Shown here piece after piece: positions 39,001 to 49,851 of a DNA stretch of 64,000 bases (the first letter of the stretch is position 1; each line of letters opens with the position of its first letter). The notes under the pieces are model-generated. The model did not search any database and was not told the origin of the DNA. It saw only the letters and a program-made list of their open reading frames with translations. The DNA is from an uncultured Gammaproteobacteria bacterium (lineage in GTDB: Bacteria > Patescibacteriota > Patescibacteriia > Magasanikbacterales > GWA2-37-8), in contig CAZINT010000001.1 of assembly GCA_964540825.1 (NCBI GenBank), positions 219,396 through 283,395 on the forward strand. Direction: 5' to 3'. The position numbers and the translations under genes were made by a program.

Positions 39001-40827
39001 ATGAAAATCCGTAACGTCGCGATTATTGCTCACGTTGACCATGGTAAAACAACACTGGTTGATGCCCTGCTTCGCCAATCTAAAACCAAACTTGATAAGG
39101 AATACGCCGAAGTGACCACCATCATGGATAACAACGATCTTGAAAAAGAGCGTGGTATTACGATTTTTTCTAAAAATGCATCAGTTGTTTGGGGAGACCC
39201 AACCAAGCCGGAAGATTTAACCAAAATTAATATTATTGATACCCCCGGCCATGCTGACTTCGGTGGGGAAGTGGAACGTGTTTTGAAAATGGCTGACGGT
39301 TGTCTCTTATTGGTTGATGCCAAGGAAGGCCCGATGCCGCAAACCCGTTTTGTTTTGAAAAAAGCACTGCAGCTTGGTCATCGCGTAATTGTGGTCGTCA
39401 ACAAGATTGATAAACCGGATGCTCGTATTCAGTACGTGCTTGATAAAACACTTGAATTATTTTTGGAACTGGGCGCGAGCGATGAAATCGCTGAATTCCC
39501 GGTGGTTTTTGCTTCGGCCAAAAATGGTAAAGCTGGTTTTGAACCCGATCTTGCGACCATGACCGACATCTCACCGATTTTTGAAAGTATTTTAAAAAAT
39601 GTTCCGACGCCAACCGGTGACCCAAGTGCACCACTCCAGATGCTGGCTGTTTCGACGATCCCTGATAATTATAAAGGACGAATCGCGATTGGCCGCATCT
39701 ATAACGGCACCATTAAAGCCAACCAGGACGTGATGCATATCGCCCGGGACGGCGCGATGAAAAAATTCCGCCTGACTGCGCTTATGACTTTTGAAGGAAT
39801 GAACCGCGTGGAAGCCAAAGAAGCGTTTGCCGGTGACATTGTGGCTGTGGCGGGTATCCCGGAAATTACGATCGGTGAAACGCTGGCTCAGGTAGACAAT
39901 CCAATTGCGCTGCCGACACTCACGATTGATGAACCAACCGTTAAAATGACGTTTGAAGTTAATGATTCGCCATTTGCCGGTAAAGAGGGTGACTACAGTA
40001 CGTCACGTCAGATTCGTGAACGCCTGTTCAAAGAAGTCGAAAATGATGTGGCGCTCAAAGTAGAAGATGGTCCGGAAGGTAATTGGATCGTGTCGGGCCG
40101 CGGTGAACTCCATCTCGCGATTTTGATTGAACGCATGCGCCGTGAAGGTTTCGAGTTCCAAGTGTCGCGTCCGCAGGTGATTATCAAAGAAATTGACGGT
40201 AAAAAAATGTGTCCGTATGACCAGGTATATATTGAAATTCCGGAAATGTATTCTGGCGTGGTGATGCAGAAAATGGGCGAACGCAATGGCCGTATGAATG
40301 ATATGCGCAGCGAGAACGGCATTATTTTTTATGAATTTATTATTCCAACTCGCGGCCTCTTTGGTTACCGCACGGAATTTCTGACCGATACCAAAGGCCT
40401 GGGCATCATGAATACTGTTTTCTTTGGGTATGAAGCAGATCCGGGTAACTGGAAAGAACGCAACCAAGGTTCGCTCGTCGCTCATGAGACAGGTGAAAGT
40501 AATTTGTATGGACTTTTGAATGTTCAGGATCGTGGACAGTTATTTATTGGCCCTAATGTGGAGGTGTACGAAGGTCAAGTGGTCGGTCAGAATGCCCGCG
40601 GCGGTGATCTGCGCGTCAATGTCTGTAAGATGAAGCAGCTTTCCAATATGCGCTCGAAGGGTGACGGGAGTGCTGAACATTTTAACACACCGCATATCAT
40701 GGACCTCGAAGAATCGCTTGAGTATATTGGGGACGATGAGCTCGTCGAAATTACTCCAAAAAATATTCGCATCCGCAAGATGATTTTGAATGAAAATGAA
40801 GCGCGAAAAAAGGCTAAGAGTATGTAA
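39001..40827 (+). CDS. typA: translational GTPase TypA/BipA
   Basis: AHVDHGKTT, DTPGHADFGGEVER, GRGELHL, DDELVEITP. Confidence 0.97.
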   Translation: MKIRNVAIIAHVDHGKTTLVDALLRQSKTKLDKEYAEVTTIMDNNDLEKERGITIFSKNASVVWGDPTKPEDLTKINIIDTPGHADFGGEVERVLKMADGCLLLVDAKEGPMPQTRFVLKKALQLGHRVIVVVNKIDKPDARIQYVLDKTLELFLELGASDEIAEFPVVFASAKNGKAGFEPDLATMTDISPIFESILKNVPTPTGDPSAPLQMLAVSTIPDNYKGRIAIGRIYNGTIKANQDVMHIARDGAMKKFRLTALMTFEGMNRVEAKEAFAGDIVAVAGIPEITIGETLAQVDNPIALPTLTIDEPTVKMTFEVNDSPFAGKEGDYSTSRQIRERLFKEVENDVALKVEDGPEGNWIVSGRGELHLAILIERMRREGFEFQVSRPQVIIKEIDGKKMCPYDQVYIEIPEMYSGVVMQKMGERNGRMNDMRSENGIIFYEFIIPTRGLFGYRTEFLTDTKGLGIMNTVFFGYEADPGNWKERNQGSLVAHETGESNLYGLLNVQDRGQLFIGPNVEVYEGQVVGQNARGGDLRVNVCKMKQLSNMRSKGDGSAEHFNTPHIMDLEESLEYIGDDELVEITPKNIRIRKMILNENEARKKAKSM

Positions 40828-40923
40828 AATTGGTCTCGAAACAAAAAACTGCTGTACAAGGCGGTTTTTTGTTGTCCGATTTTTAAAAAAAAGCTATACT
40901 AAGGTACTATTACTTAAAAACGT

Positions 40924-41940
40924 ATGAAAGCCAAAGTTACAATTTTGGGGGCAGGGAATATGGGTACGGCCTTGGCGCGGGTGCTGGGGGACAATGGGCA
41001 TGATATAGTCGTCTGGAATTATGCGGGCGACCCGGATCCGCTCCATCAAATTGCGGAATACCATGAAAATAGAAAATATTTACCCGGAATTATTTTGGCC
41101 AAGAACGTTCGAGCCGAACATGATCTAGAAAAAGCACTTCAATCGTCAGCACTCGTGATCCTGGCAGTGCCAAGCACGTTTGTCGAGCGGCAGCTGGAGG
41201 GCGCTGTACCCTTTTTGCCGTCCAAAGCAGTTTTACTCGATGTGAGCAAAGGTTTTACCGGAGTTTTTGCTCAAGAAAAATCAGCACTCAGCAGTGCGGC
41301 GCAAAAATGGTGGAATAAGCGGATTATTATTTCCGGTCCGGCTATTGCGCTTGATATCGCTAAGGGTGGTTTTACGACTATGGCCATAGCCGGAAAAAAT
41401 ATTCGTGACGTTGCGATGGCCCAAAAAATTCTAACCAATGATCATCTGCATTTTCTGCCGACGAACGATGTGCTGGGAATCAAGCTCGCTGGATCGCTTA
41501 AAAATGTGTATGCGATTCTCCTGGGTATGGCCGATGGCTTGGGTGTGCCGCTTAATACTAAAGCGTTTTTGGTAGTCAGAGCCCTCGAAGAAATGGCGCT
41601 CCTTATTAAAAAATGCGGCGGTAAAGCCGAGACCGCGTATGCGCTCGCCGGGCTTGGCGACTTGGTGGCCACAGGTTTGTCGCCGATTAGCCGCAATCGC
41701 CGCTTTGGGCAATTTTTGGGCGAAGGGCTCGACACTGCTGCCGCCGCAACTGCCGTGGGTCAGGTGGTAGAGGGTGTGCCGGCGTGTGCTGGGGCACTGG
41801 GGCTTGCTCGGCGTTATCGTGTTAGTCTTCCTTTGGTCGAAGCGGTGTATAGCGCAACGGCTAAAAAAATAAAACCGGCCGTCGTATTCGAAAAAATTCT
41901 TTCTAAAAAGTATGTTCAGAAAAAAGGCAGTTCCCGATAA
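40924..41940 (+). CDS. gpsA: NAD(P)H-dependent glycerol-3-phosphate dehydrogenase
   Basis: GAGNMGTA, LKNVYAI, GLGDL, SRNRRFG, VVEG. Confidence 0.9.
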   Translation: MKAKVTILGAGNMGTALARVLGDNGHDIVVWNYAGDPDPLHQIAEYHENRKYLPGIILAKNVRAEHDLEKALQSSALVILAVPSTFVERQLEGAVPFLPSKAVLLDVSKGFTGVFAQEKSALSSAAQKWWNKRIIISGPAIALDIAKGGFTTMAIAGKNIRDVAMAQKILTNDHLHFLPTNDVLGIKLAGSLKNVYAILLGMADGLGVPLNTKAFLVVRALEEMALLIKKCGGKAETAYALAGLGDLVATGLSPISRNRRFGQFLGEGLDTAAAATAVGQVVEGVPACAGALGLARRYRVSLPLVEAVYSATAKKIKPAVVFEKILSKKYVQKKGSSR

Positions 41941-43639
41941 TCAGCTGCGCATTATTTCAATTATTTTTTTAGTCATAGCTCTGTGGATTATTGGGCGGCT
42001 TTTCTTTTTACAAATCATTCAACATGATTATTATAGTTTGTTTGCTTTAAATACTCATGAGATTTATCAAACGCTGCACCCGCACCGCGGCACCATATAT
42101 ATACAGGATAAAAATAAACAAGAATATCCGGTGGCAGTCAACAAGGAATTTGACCAAGTATATGCAGTGCCCAAAGAATTTGACCCGGGCACAGCAACCA
42201 CCACTGCCGAGCAGCTCATGACTATTTTAAACATTACTGATGACGAGAAAAAAAATCGTTTGCTCACTCGTTTTTCTAAAATAAATGATTTATACGAAGC
42301 GGTACAGCGCAAGGTGCCGCAAGAAATTTCGGCTGAGGCAACAAAATTAAAAGGCGTGTACGCTACGCCTGAAGAATATCGGTATTATCCCGAGCAGAAT
42401 TTAGGAGCGGCGGTGCTTGGGTTTTGCAGTTTGAATGATCAGGGTAACAATGAAGGAAAATACGGGCTTGAATCGTATTGGGATGATAAATTGGCGGGCA
42501 AGCCCGGGTTTCGCGTGGGCGAACAGGGAGCGTTTGGCAGCTGGATCACTATGGCGGGTATGACGCTTAACCCCTCGCAAAATGGGGCGGATTTACTCCT
42601 GACCATCGATCGAACCCTGGAATACACTGCTTGCAAACGCCTGCAGGAAGGTATGGCGGAGTATGGCGCCAAGCGCGCTGCGCTGGTGATGATGGATCCG
42701 AAAACGGGCGCGATACTTGCCATGTGCAGTTTGCCGGATTTTGATCCGAATAATTATTCCGCCACTGAAGACATTGACGCGTTTAATAATCAGGCCGTGT
42801 TTACTGCCTACGAGCCGGGTTCGGTGTTCAAACCAATTACCATGGCTATTGCCGTGAATGCCGGACTCGTACAGCCTGATACTACGTTTACCGACCCTTG
42901 CGAGCGCAAAATTGACCGCTTTACGATCCGCAATGCGCTGCGCAAATGTTACGGGCTGCAAACCATGACCCAGGTATTGGAAAATTCGATTAATACCGGT
43001 ATGATTTGGGTAGAAGAAAAATTGGGCCGGGCTGCTTTTCAAGCCGGAGTTGAAAAATTCGGTTTTGGACAAAAAACCGGCATTGACCTTGGCGCCGAAG
43101 GAGCGGGGGATATTTCGTCGCTTGATAAGAAAAATTCACCCATTTATGGAGCGGTCGGGTCGTTTGGCCAAGGTTTGACGGCGACGCCGATTCAGCTGGC
43201 GGCGGCATATTCAGCGATTGTAAACAATGGTAAACTGCCAAAGCCCTATGTAGTTCAGGAAGTGCGGTACCCTGATGGACGCGTTGACAAAACGATTCCC
43301 AAGGTTGCCGACACGGTAATTTCCGATCGGGCATCACAACTTATGCGCGGCATGCTGGCGTCGGTGGTTGAAAATGGTGCAAGTTACAAAAAAACAAAAC
43401 TGCCTGATTATTACATGGGCGGAAAAACGGGTACGGCTCAGATACCGGGTAAAGGCGGCTATACCGAAGATACGAACCACACCTTCGTTGGCTTTGCTAC
43501 AGTCAAAGATCCTAAATTTGTTTTGGTGGTAAAATACGAGAAGCCTGCCCGCCAATGGGCCGAGTCGACTGCGGCACCGGTATTTAAAGATATTATGCAT
43601 TTTGCTCTCCAGTATTACGGTATTCCGCCGGAGCGCTAA
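41912..43639 (+). CDS. class B penicillin-binding protein (FtsI/PBP2-like)
   Basis: N-terminal TM, EPGSVFK, SIN, KTGTAQ. Confidence 0.9.
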   Translation: MFRKKAVPDNQLRIISIIFLVIALWIIGRLFFLQIIQHDYYSLFALNTHEIYQTLHPHRGTIYIQDKNKQEYPVAVNKEFDQVYAVPKEFDPGTATTTAEQLMTILNITDDEKKNRLLTRFSKINDLYEAVQRKVPQEISAEATKLKGVYATPEEYRYYPEQNLGAAVLGFCSLNDQGNNEGKYGLESYWDDKLAGKPGFRVGEQGAFGSWITMAGMTLNPSQNGADLLLTIDRTLEYTACKRLQEGMAEYGAKRAALVMMDPKTGAILAMCSLPDFDPNNYSATEDIDAFNNQAVFTAYEPGSVFKPITMAIAVNAGLVQPDTTFTDPCERKIDRFTIRNALRKCYGLQTMTQVLENSINTGMIWVEEKLGRAAFQAGVEKFGFGQKTGIDLGAEGAGDISSLDKKNSPIYGAVGSFGQGLTATPIQLAAAYSAIVNNGKLPKPYVVQEVRYPDGRVDKTIPKVADTVISDRASQLMRGMLASVVENGASYKKTKLPDYYMGGKTGTAQIPGKGGYTEDTNHTFVGFATVKDPKFVLVVKYEKPARQWAESTAAPVFKDIMHFALQYYGIPPER

Positions 43640-43660
43640 GCACCTTACTTTTTATTGCGT

Positions 43661-44947
43661 ATGAAAAATTTCCTTCAAAAAATTCTCGCCACCCTCGCTC
43701 AAAAAATTCTCGCCAAATATAAACCAAAAATAGTCGGTATTACCGGCTCGGTTGGCAAAACAACAGCCAAGGAAATGACTGCGGCAGTCTTGGGCGCTCG
43801 TTTTCGCGTGGGGCAAACAAGTAAAAATAATAACAATGAGATCGGTGTACCGCTTGCGATACTCGGTGTTGATGAAGCGCCGGGGTCGTCGGTTGTTGCT
43901 TGGGCTGGGGCACTTCTGAAAGGAATTGGGTTATTAGTGTCTGCGAAAAAAAACTATCCGGAAGTTTTGGTTTTAGAAATGGGTGCCGACAAACCCGGCG
44001 ACATTCGCTATCTTGTTGGCTTGGCGCCCTGCACTGTCGGCGTGCTCACCTGGATTTCGCATGCGCATACGGAATTTTTTAAAACCCTGAAACAAATTGC
44101 CGAAGAAAAAAGAAAAATTATTTCACATCTCGAAAAAACCGGTACGGCAGTTTTAAATTACGATAACGAACTTGTTCGAGATTCGGCGGCGGCAGCTAAA
44201 GGAACTGTTATTACCTATGGATTTAAAGATGGTGCAGATTTACGCGCCACAGACATGAAAATTTTATACGATCCGATCACTAGTTGGCCGGCCGGCATTA
44301 CGTGTAAAATTAATTTTAAAGGGCATAGTGTGCCGTTGTTTTTCCCCGGCGTCATTGCAGAGCATATTGTCGGCTCGAGCCTGGCTGCACTGGCAGTCGG
44401 CGATGCCTTTGGTATTAATTTAGTCGAGGCCGCTGGGGCGCTAACCGGGGCAGAGCCGCCAAAGGGCCGGATGCGTTTATTAAAAGGCGTTAAAAATACC
44501 CTGCTTATTGACGACACGTATAACTCGAGTCCGGATGCCGCCAAGTCGGCTCTTAAAACTTTGGGCTCGCTTGAAAACAAGTCGGGCGGCAAGCGTTATG
44601 CAGTCCTCGGGGACATGCTTGAGCTGGGCAGTGAAACCGAGTCAGCGCATCGCGAAGTAGGCTTTACCGTAGCTGAAGTAGGGGTAGATTTTCTCATTAC
44701 CGTTGGCGAAGCCAGTAAAATTACCTGCCACGCTGCCGAGGAAGCGGGCCTTTCGGAAAATCAGATTGCGGCGTTTGCAGACAGTACTGCTGCCGGAAGA
44801 TTTTTGCAGGAAAAAATAAAAGAAGGGGATATGATCTTGGTAAAAGGTTCGCAGGGTGTGCGGATGGAGCGGGTGGTAAAAGAAGTCATGGATGACCCAA
44901 TTATGGCCGAAAAGCTGCTCGTGCGCCAAGAGGCGAAGTGGCTGTAA
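43661..44947 (+). CDS. murF: UDP-N-acetylmuramoyl-tripeptide--D-Ala-D-Ala ligase
   Basis: GITGSVGKTT, NNEIGVP, DDTYNSSP, LGDMLELG, VKGS. Confidence 0.92.
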   Translation: MKNFLQKILATLAQKILAKYKPKIVGITGSVGKTTAKEMTAAVLGARFRVGQTSKNNNNEIGVPLAILGVDEAPGSSVVAWAGALLKGIGLLVSAKKNYPEVLVLEMGADKPGDIRYLVGLAPCTVGVLTWISHAHTEFFKTLKQIAEEKRKIISHLEKTGTAVLNYDNELVRDSAAAAKGTVITYGFKDGADLRATDMKILYDPITSWPAGITCKINFKGHSVPLFFPGVIAEHIVGSSLAALAVGDAFGINLVEAAGALTGAEPPKGRMRLLKGVKNTLLIDDTYNSSPDAAKSALKTLGSLENKSGGKRYAVLGDMLELGSETESAHREVGFTVAEVGVDFLITVGEASKITCHAAEEAGLSENQIAAFADSTAAGRFLQEKIKEGDMILVKGSQGVRMERVVKEVMDDPIMAEKLLVRQEAKWL

Positions 44948-44951
44948 AGAA

Positions 44952-44980
44952 TTGACACACGGGCCAAAATAGGCTATACT
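44952..44980 (+). promoter_or_regulatory. tRNA promoter
   Basis: TTGACA-17bp-TATACT. Confidence 0.75.
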
Positions 44981-45002
44981 CCTCGTTGTCGAACACCTAC
45001 GT

Positions 45003-45074
45003 GGCCCGTTCGTCTATCAGTTAGGACAGTGCCCTCTCACGGCGCAAAGACGGGTGCGATTCCCGTACGGGCTA
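45003..45074 (+). tRNA. tRNA-Glu(CTC)
   Basis: acceptor stem GGCCCGT/ACGGGCT; anticodon arm GTGCC-CTCTCAC-GGCGC; CCA not encoded. Confidence 0.9.
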
Positions 45075-45084
45075 CAGAGAATTG

Positions 45085-45109
45085 AAAAACAGAGCAAGCT
45101 CTGTTTTTT
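45085..45109 (+). terminator. terminator after tRNA-Glu
   Basis: AAAAACAGAGC-aa-GCTCTGTTTTTT. Confidence 0.7.
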
Positions 45110-45265
45110 GTTATTATAGTGTTTTGAGTTGGTAGTGTTTGGTTTGGAGTGGTCATTTATTAACTGGCGTAATTATTGAAAATAAAATTCAATAGTGATA
45201 CTATGAGGGCAGTGAATTTGCTTAAATTAAGGAGTTTTAGGTAAAATATTTTGATAAAATGCGGT

Positions 45266-47221
45266 ATGCAAAACTTGTTAAATGATGTACTAAAACTACT
45301 AGAAAGTGATGATGGGTTTTTTGCGGAAAACAAGATGTTAAAAAATGTTGTAACCGAAGCAGCTCTAAAATTGGATACGGCGCTTTTGGAATTACTACAA
45401 AAAAACAATCAAATAAAAAAGCATTTTTTCGTGCAGGCCGCGGGAGTGTGGTTTTTTGATCAAGACAAGTTTATTAAGTTTATCAACAGCAAAGATTTTC
45501 TGCCTGATTCGTTTACCATTTTTAAGAACCATATAGGTCTTACGGACGGTGACGAGTATCTAAAAGATAGTGGAAAAGTGGTTTTGGCGTGGCCGTATAA
45601 AGATTGTGTTTTGGAGGGAGGACAGGACAAAGAAGATGTAAAACAGAGCGAAATTTTTTATAACGAGACCCTTGCGCCGGATGAAATTGACCGGCTGTTC
45701 GAGCCTAAGGTCTTAACCAATCTTAAAAAGATAGATAAAGACGGTGAACACAAGGTCGAGCAAATAAATGAACAGGATAATTTGATAATCAAAGGTAATA
45801 ATCTTTTAGCCCTCCATTCGTTAAAGAAAAAATATCGCGGCAAGGTTAAGCTGATTTACATTGATCCGCCGTATAACACCGGCAGCGATGGTTTTAACTA
45901 TAACGACAGTTTTAACCATTCAACGTGGCTGACTTTTATGAAAAATCGGCTCGAAGTAGCTAAACAGCTGTTGAGTGAGGAGGGTTCAATTTATATTTCA
46001 ATTGATAACAATGAATTGCCATATCTACAGATTTTAATGGATGAAATTTTTGGAAATGAAAATAAGAAAAATATTATTACTGTAAAAAGAAGTGCTGTTT
46101 CAGGTGCAAAAGTTATCAATCCGGGCGTTGTTAATGTTTCGGAATTTATTATTGTATATTCAAAAGATTTTAAGAAGTGGCAAGCTAATAAAGTTTTTAG
46201 AAAAAAAGGTAGGGATGAGAGGTATAACAACTATATAACAAACTTCGAAAGTGAGCCTGAAAAATGGAAATTTTCTTCAGTATTAGACGGTTGGGCTGAG
46301 TCGCTTGGAATAGAGAAAACAAAATTAAAAAAGTATTTTGGCGATAATTATGATGAGGAATTAGAAAAGTTTTATCTGCTTAATGCTCACAGAATAATGC
46401 AGTTCGTAACACTGGATGAGAATGCGGTTTCAGATGAAGTGATAAAAATAAAAAATAAATCTAAAAATGATTCATCCAGAGTACATCGGTTGAAAAGAGA
46501 AAATGGAAAATTAGATTACTTTATATTTAAAGGAAAAGCGATTTTATTTTTAGTAAACAGATTAATGGAAATTGACGGTGAAAAGGTTTTTGCAGAGCCA
46601 TTAACTGATATTTGGGAGGATGTTCTGCCTAACGACTTACATAACGAAGGTGGAGTATCTTTAAAAAAAGGGAAAAAGCCGGAAAAATTAATTCAAAGAA
46701 TAATTGAGCTCAGCAGTAAGTCTGGTGATTTAATTTTAGATTACCATTTAGGAAGCGGGACAACGGCAGCTGTAGCACATAAAATGGGTAGGCGGTATAT
46801 TTGTGTTGAACAGCTGGATTACGGCAACAATGATAGTGTCGTAAGGTTACAAAATACTATAAAAGGTGAGCAAAGCGGAATTTCAAAAGCTGTAAATTGG
46901 AAAGGCGGGGGCTCTTTTGTGTATGCCGAATTAAAGCAATGGAATGAGGAGTATATGCAGGCTATACAGGAGGCCAAAACTGCAAAGGAAATAGCCGCTA
47001 TTTATAAAAAAATGCGTGCTGAAGCATTTTTCCGGTACGAGGTTGATTTAAGCAGGTTTGAACAGAAGCAATTTGACCAATTGACTTTAGACGAGCAGAA
47101 AAAAGTTTTGCTTCTATGTTTGGACAAAAATCATCTGTATGTAAATTACAGTGAAATGGAAGATGCAACCTATAAAATACTTACCGAAGAAAAGAAAATT
47201 AACAAGCAATTTTACAGCTAA
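45266..47221 (+). CDS. type III restriction-modification methyltransferase (Mod)
   Basis: IKGNNL, IYIDPPYNTG, KKPE, LDYHLGSGTT. Confidence 0.9.
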   Translation: MQNLLNDVLKLLESDDGFFAENKMLKNVVTEAALKLDTALLELLQKNNQIKKHFFVQAAGVWFFDQDKFIKFINSKDFLPDSFTIFKNHIGLTDGDEYLKDSGKVVLAWPYKDCVLEGGQDKEDVKQSEIFYNETLAPDEIDRLFEPKVLTNLKKIDKDGEHKVEQINEQDNLIIKGNNLLALHSLKKKYRGKVKLIYIDPPYNTGSDGFNYNDSFNHSTWLTFMKNRLEVAKQLLSEEGSIYISIDNNELPYLQILMDEIFGNENKKNIITVKRSAVSGAKVINPGVVNVSEFIIVYSKDFKKWQANKVFRKKGRDERYNNYITNFESEPEKWKFSSVLDGWAESLGIEKTKLKKYFGDNYDEELEKFYLLNAHRIMQFVTLDENAVSDEVIKIKNKSKNDSSRVHRLKRENGKLDYFIFKGKAILFLVNRLMEIDGEKVFAEPLTDIWEDVLPNDLHNEGGVSLKKGKKPEKLIQRIIELSSKSGDLILDYHLGSGTTAAVAHKMGRRYICVEQLDYGNNDSVVRLQNTIKGEQSGISKAVNWKGGGSFVYAELKQWNEEYMQAIQEAKTAKEIAAIYKKMRAEAFFRYEVDLSRFEQKQFDQLTLDEQKKVLLLCLDKNHLYVNYSEMEDATYKILTEEKKINKQFYS

Positions 47222-47229
47222 AAATTTTT

Positions 47230-49842
47230 ATGGAAATGGAATTTGAGGAAACGCTTGTTAGAAAATTTAATACGCTGTCTGAAGACGATCATTTAGACAA
47301 GGATATCCCCGATTTTGTAACAAAGAACTTAAACCAAAAGTTTGCTATTCGTAAATATCAAAAAGAAGCTTTTGTGCGTTTTTTGTATTATCTAAATCGC
47401 TATAAAAAGGCTGCCCGGCCCGTGCATTTGCTTTTTCATATGGCTACGGGGAGTGGAAAGACGCTATTAATGGCTGCTGACATCCTGTATTTATATTCCT
47501 TGGGCTACCGCAATTTTATATTTTTTGTAAACAGCACAAACATCATTAAAAAAACTCAAAACAATTTTTTGAATAAGTCAGCTGGCAAATATTTGTTTGC
47601 GGAAAAAATTGTATTCAATAATAGGGAAGTTGAAGTTAAGGAAGTGGAAAATTTTGAAGCCACAAATTCCGACAACATCAACATCCTGTTTACAACTATT
47701 CAGGGCCTGCATAGCCGCCTTAGTACTCCATCGGAAAACGCTATTACCTACACGGATTTTGAAAATACCAAGGTGGCTTTTTTGTCCGATGAAGCACACC
47801 ATATAAGTACACTTACAAAGTCAAAATTAGATAAAGAAGAACAAGAAGAAACTAGAAGTTGGGAATATACCGTAAACAGAATTTTTAAATCCAATGAGCA
47901 AAATGTAATGATAGAGTACACTGCTACGGTTGAGCTAAAGCACGAAGCTGTGGCTCGTAAATATGCTGATAAAATCATTTACCAATACACGCTTAAAAAT
48001 TTCCGTGAAGATGGTTTTTCTAAAGATGTGCAACTACTACAGTCGGATTGGGGTGTTAAAACGAGAGCGTTACAGGCTGTAATTTTAAGTCAATACCGCC
48101 GCAAGGTTGCCGAAAAACATAAAATCCAGTTAAAGCCGGTAATGCTTTTTAAGTCCAAACAAATTAAAGAGTCCGAAGAATTTGAGCAATTTTTTTATAA
48201 AATTATTAAAGGTTTGACAGTTGCTGATATTGCTAAGGTTGAAAGCGCTAGTACAGATGGCATACTAAATCAGGCGTTTAATTATTTTACGGCTAATAAA
48301 ATTATTGCTACTCATTTAGTTAAGGAGATACAGGAAGATTTTGCGCCGGAAAAATGTTTAATTATAAATAGCAAGGCTGATAGCGAAGAAAAACAGATTA
48401 AAGTAAATAGTCTTGAGGACTATAATAATGAAATACGGGTTATTTTTACTACAAATATGCTTAATGAGGGTTGGGATACCCTTAATCTTTTTGATATTGT
48501 AAGATTATACGAAACCAGAGACGCCAAGGCTGGAAAGGGAGGTAGCACGACTATATCGGAAGCGCAATTAATCGGTCGTGGCGCAAGATATTATCCATTT
48601 ACAACGGGCTTGGATCAGGAAAAAGACAGACGCAAGTATGACGGCGCATTAGATAATGAATTGCGAATTTTGGAAGAGCTGCACTATCACAGTTTGACAG
48701 ACAGCCGGTATATTGCCGAATTACGCAACGAACTTGTGAATATCGGTATAACGCCTGATAATCGGGTAGTTAGGAAAGTAAAGATAAAGGATAGTATAAA
48801 GAAGACGCCGTTTTGGAACAGCGGGCTGATTTTTACTAATAAGCTGCAAAAAAATGATTTTGGCAAGGTAAAAACCTTGAGTGATATTGTTCAAAATTCT
48901 TTATTCCAATATAGAATTAAAACCGGCCATTCGTCTGAAACAGGAATTTTTGATAGCGCACAGCCGTTGCCGGCGGAAGAATTACGTAAGAAAATTTTTA
49001 AGCTGAGTGATTTTGAAAAAAATGTTTTAAGGAAAGCATTGGATAAAATTGATTTTTATCATTTTAATAATTTATCTGTATTTTTCCCGAATCTAAAATC
49101 CATTGACGAATTTATAACATCAAAGGATTATTGCGGTCTTGTACAGGTTGAAATTTCGGCTAAAAATGGTAGGCTGGATAATTTGACCATTGCTGATAAA
49201 TACGGTGCAGCCCTGGACGCCTTTAAAGCCTTAGCGGGTAAAATTTCTGTCGGTAACAGTGAATATATTGGCACCAAGGAGTTTTATGCTCAAAGTATTA
49301 AGACCGTGGTACAGGATAAGACTTTAGAAATTTTGATTGGCGGGGATGAAAAAGAGTTTGGCATTGCGATGAGCGAAACCACGAATGACAATTTACGAAT
49401 GGATCTCAGCACGCAGGACTGGTATTTGTATAATGAAAATTATGGCACTTCAGAAGAAAAATATTTTATCCAGTTTATCCGGCAGGCAATGGATGACCTG
49501 AAGAAAAAATATGACGACGTTTATCTACTGAGGAATGAGCGGCTCTTCAAGATTTACCGCTTCAGCGACGGGCAGGCGATAGAGCCAGATTTTGTGCTCT
49601 TTGCCAAAACAAAAAACAGCAAAAATGCAATTTCGTTTCAACTTTTTGTCGAGCCAAAAGGCGGTAACCGACTTTTGGAAGACGGGTGGAAAGAAGAATT
49701 TCTGCAAGAAATAGAAACAGAATTTAGAGTTGAAACTCTGTTTGAAAAGGGTAGATACAAACTTATCGGCCTGCCTTTTTATAATGAGCAAAAAACTAAA
49801 CAGGAATTTTTTAAGATTTTTAGCGAGAAATTAAGTTTATAG
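47230..49842 (+). CDS. type III restriction endonuclease (Res)
   Basis: MATGSGKT, DEAHH, EGWD, QLIGRGAR, C-terminal PDF..EPKG nuclease motif. Confidence 0.9.
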   Translation: MEMEFEETLVRKFNTLSEDDHLDKDIPDFVTKNLNQKFAIRKYQKEAFVRFLYYLNRYKKAARPVHLLFHMATGSGKTLLMAADILYLYSLGYRNFIFFVNSTNIIKKTQNNFLNKSAGKYLFAEKIVFNNREVEVKEVENFEATNSDNINILFTTIQGLHSRLSTPSENAITYTDFENTKVAFLSDEAHHISTLTKSKLDKEEQEETRSWEYTVNRIFKSNEQNVMIEYTATVELKHEAVARKYADKIIYQYTLKNFREDGFSKDVQLLQSDWGVKTRALQAVILSQYRRKVAEKHKIQLKPVMLFKSKQIKESEEFEQFFYKIIKGLTVADIAKVESASTDGILNQAFNYFTANKIIATHLVKEIQEDFAPEKCLIINSKADSEEKQIKVNSLEDYNNEIRVIFTTNMLNEGWDTLNLFDIVRLYETRDAKAGKGGSTTISEAQLIGRGARYYPFTTGLDQEKDRRKYDGALDNELRILEELHYHSLTDSRYIAELRNELVNIGITPDNRVVRKVKIKDSIKKTPFWNSGLIFTNKLQKNDFGKVKTLSDIVQNSLFQYRIKTGHSSETGIFDSAQPLPAEELRKKIFKLSDFEKNVLRKALDKIDFYHFNNLSVFFPNLKSIDEFITSKDYCGLVQVEISAKNGRLDNLTIADKYGAALDAFKALAGKISVGNSEYIGTKEFYAQSIKTVVQDKTLEILIGGDEKEFGIAMSETTNDNLRMDLSTQDWYLYNENYGTSEEKYFIQFIRQAMDDLKKKYDDVYLLRNERLFKIYRFSDGQAIEPDFVLFAKTKNSKNAISFQLFVEPKGGNRLLEDGWKEEFLQEIETEFRVETLFEKGRYKLIGLPFYNEQKTKQEFFKIFSEKLSL

Positions 49843-49851
49843 TTTTAATTT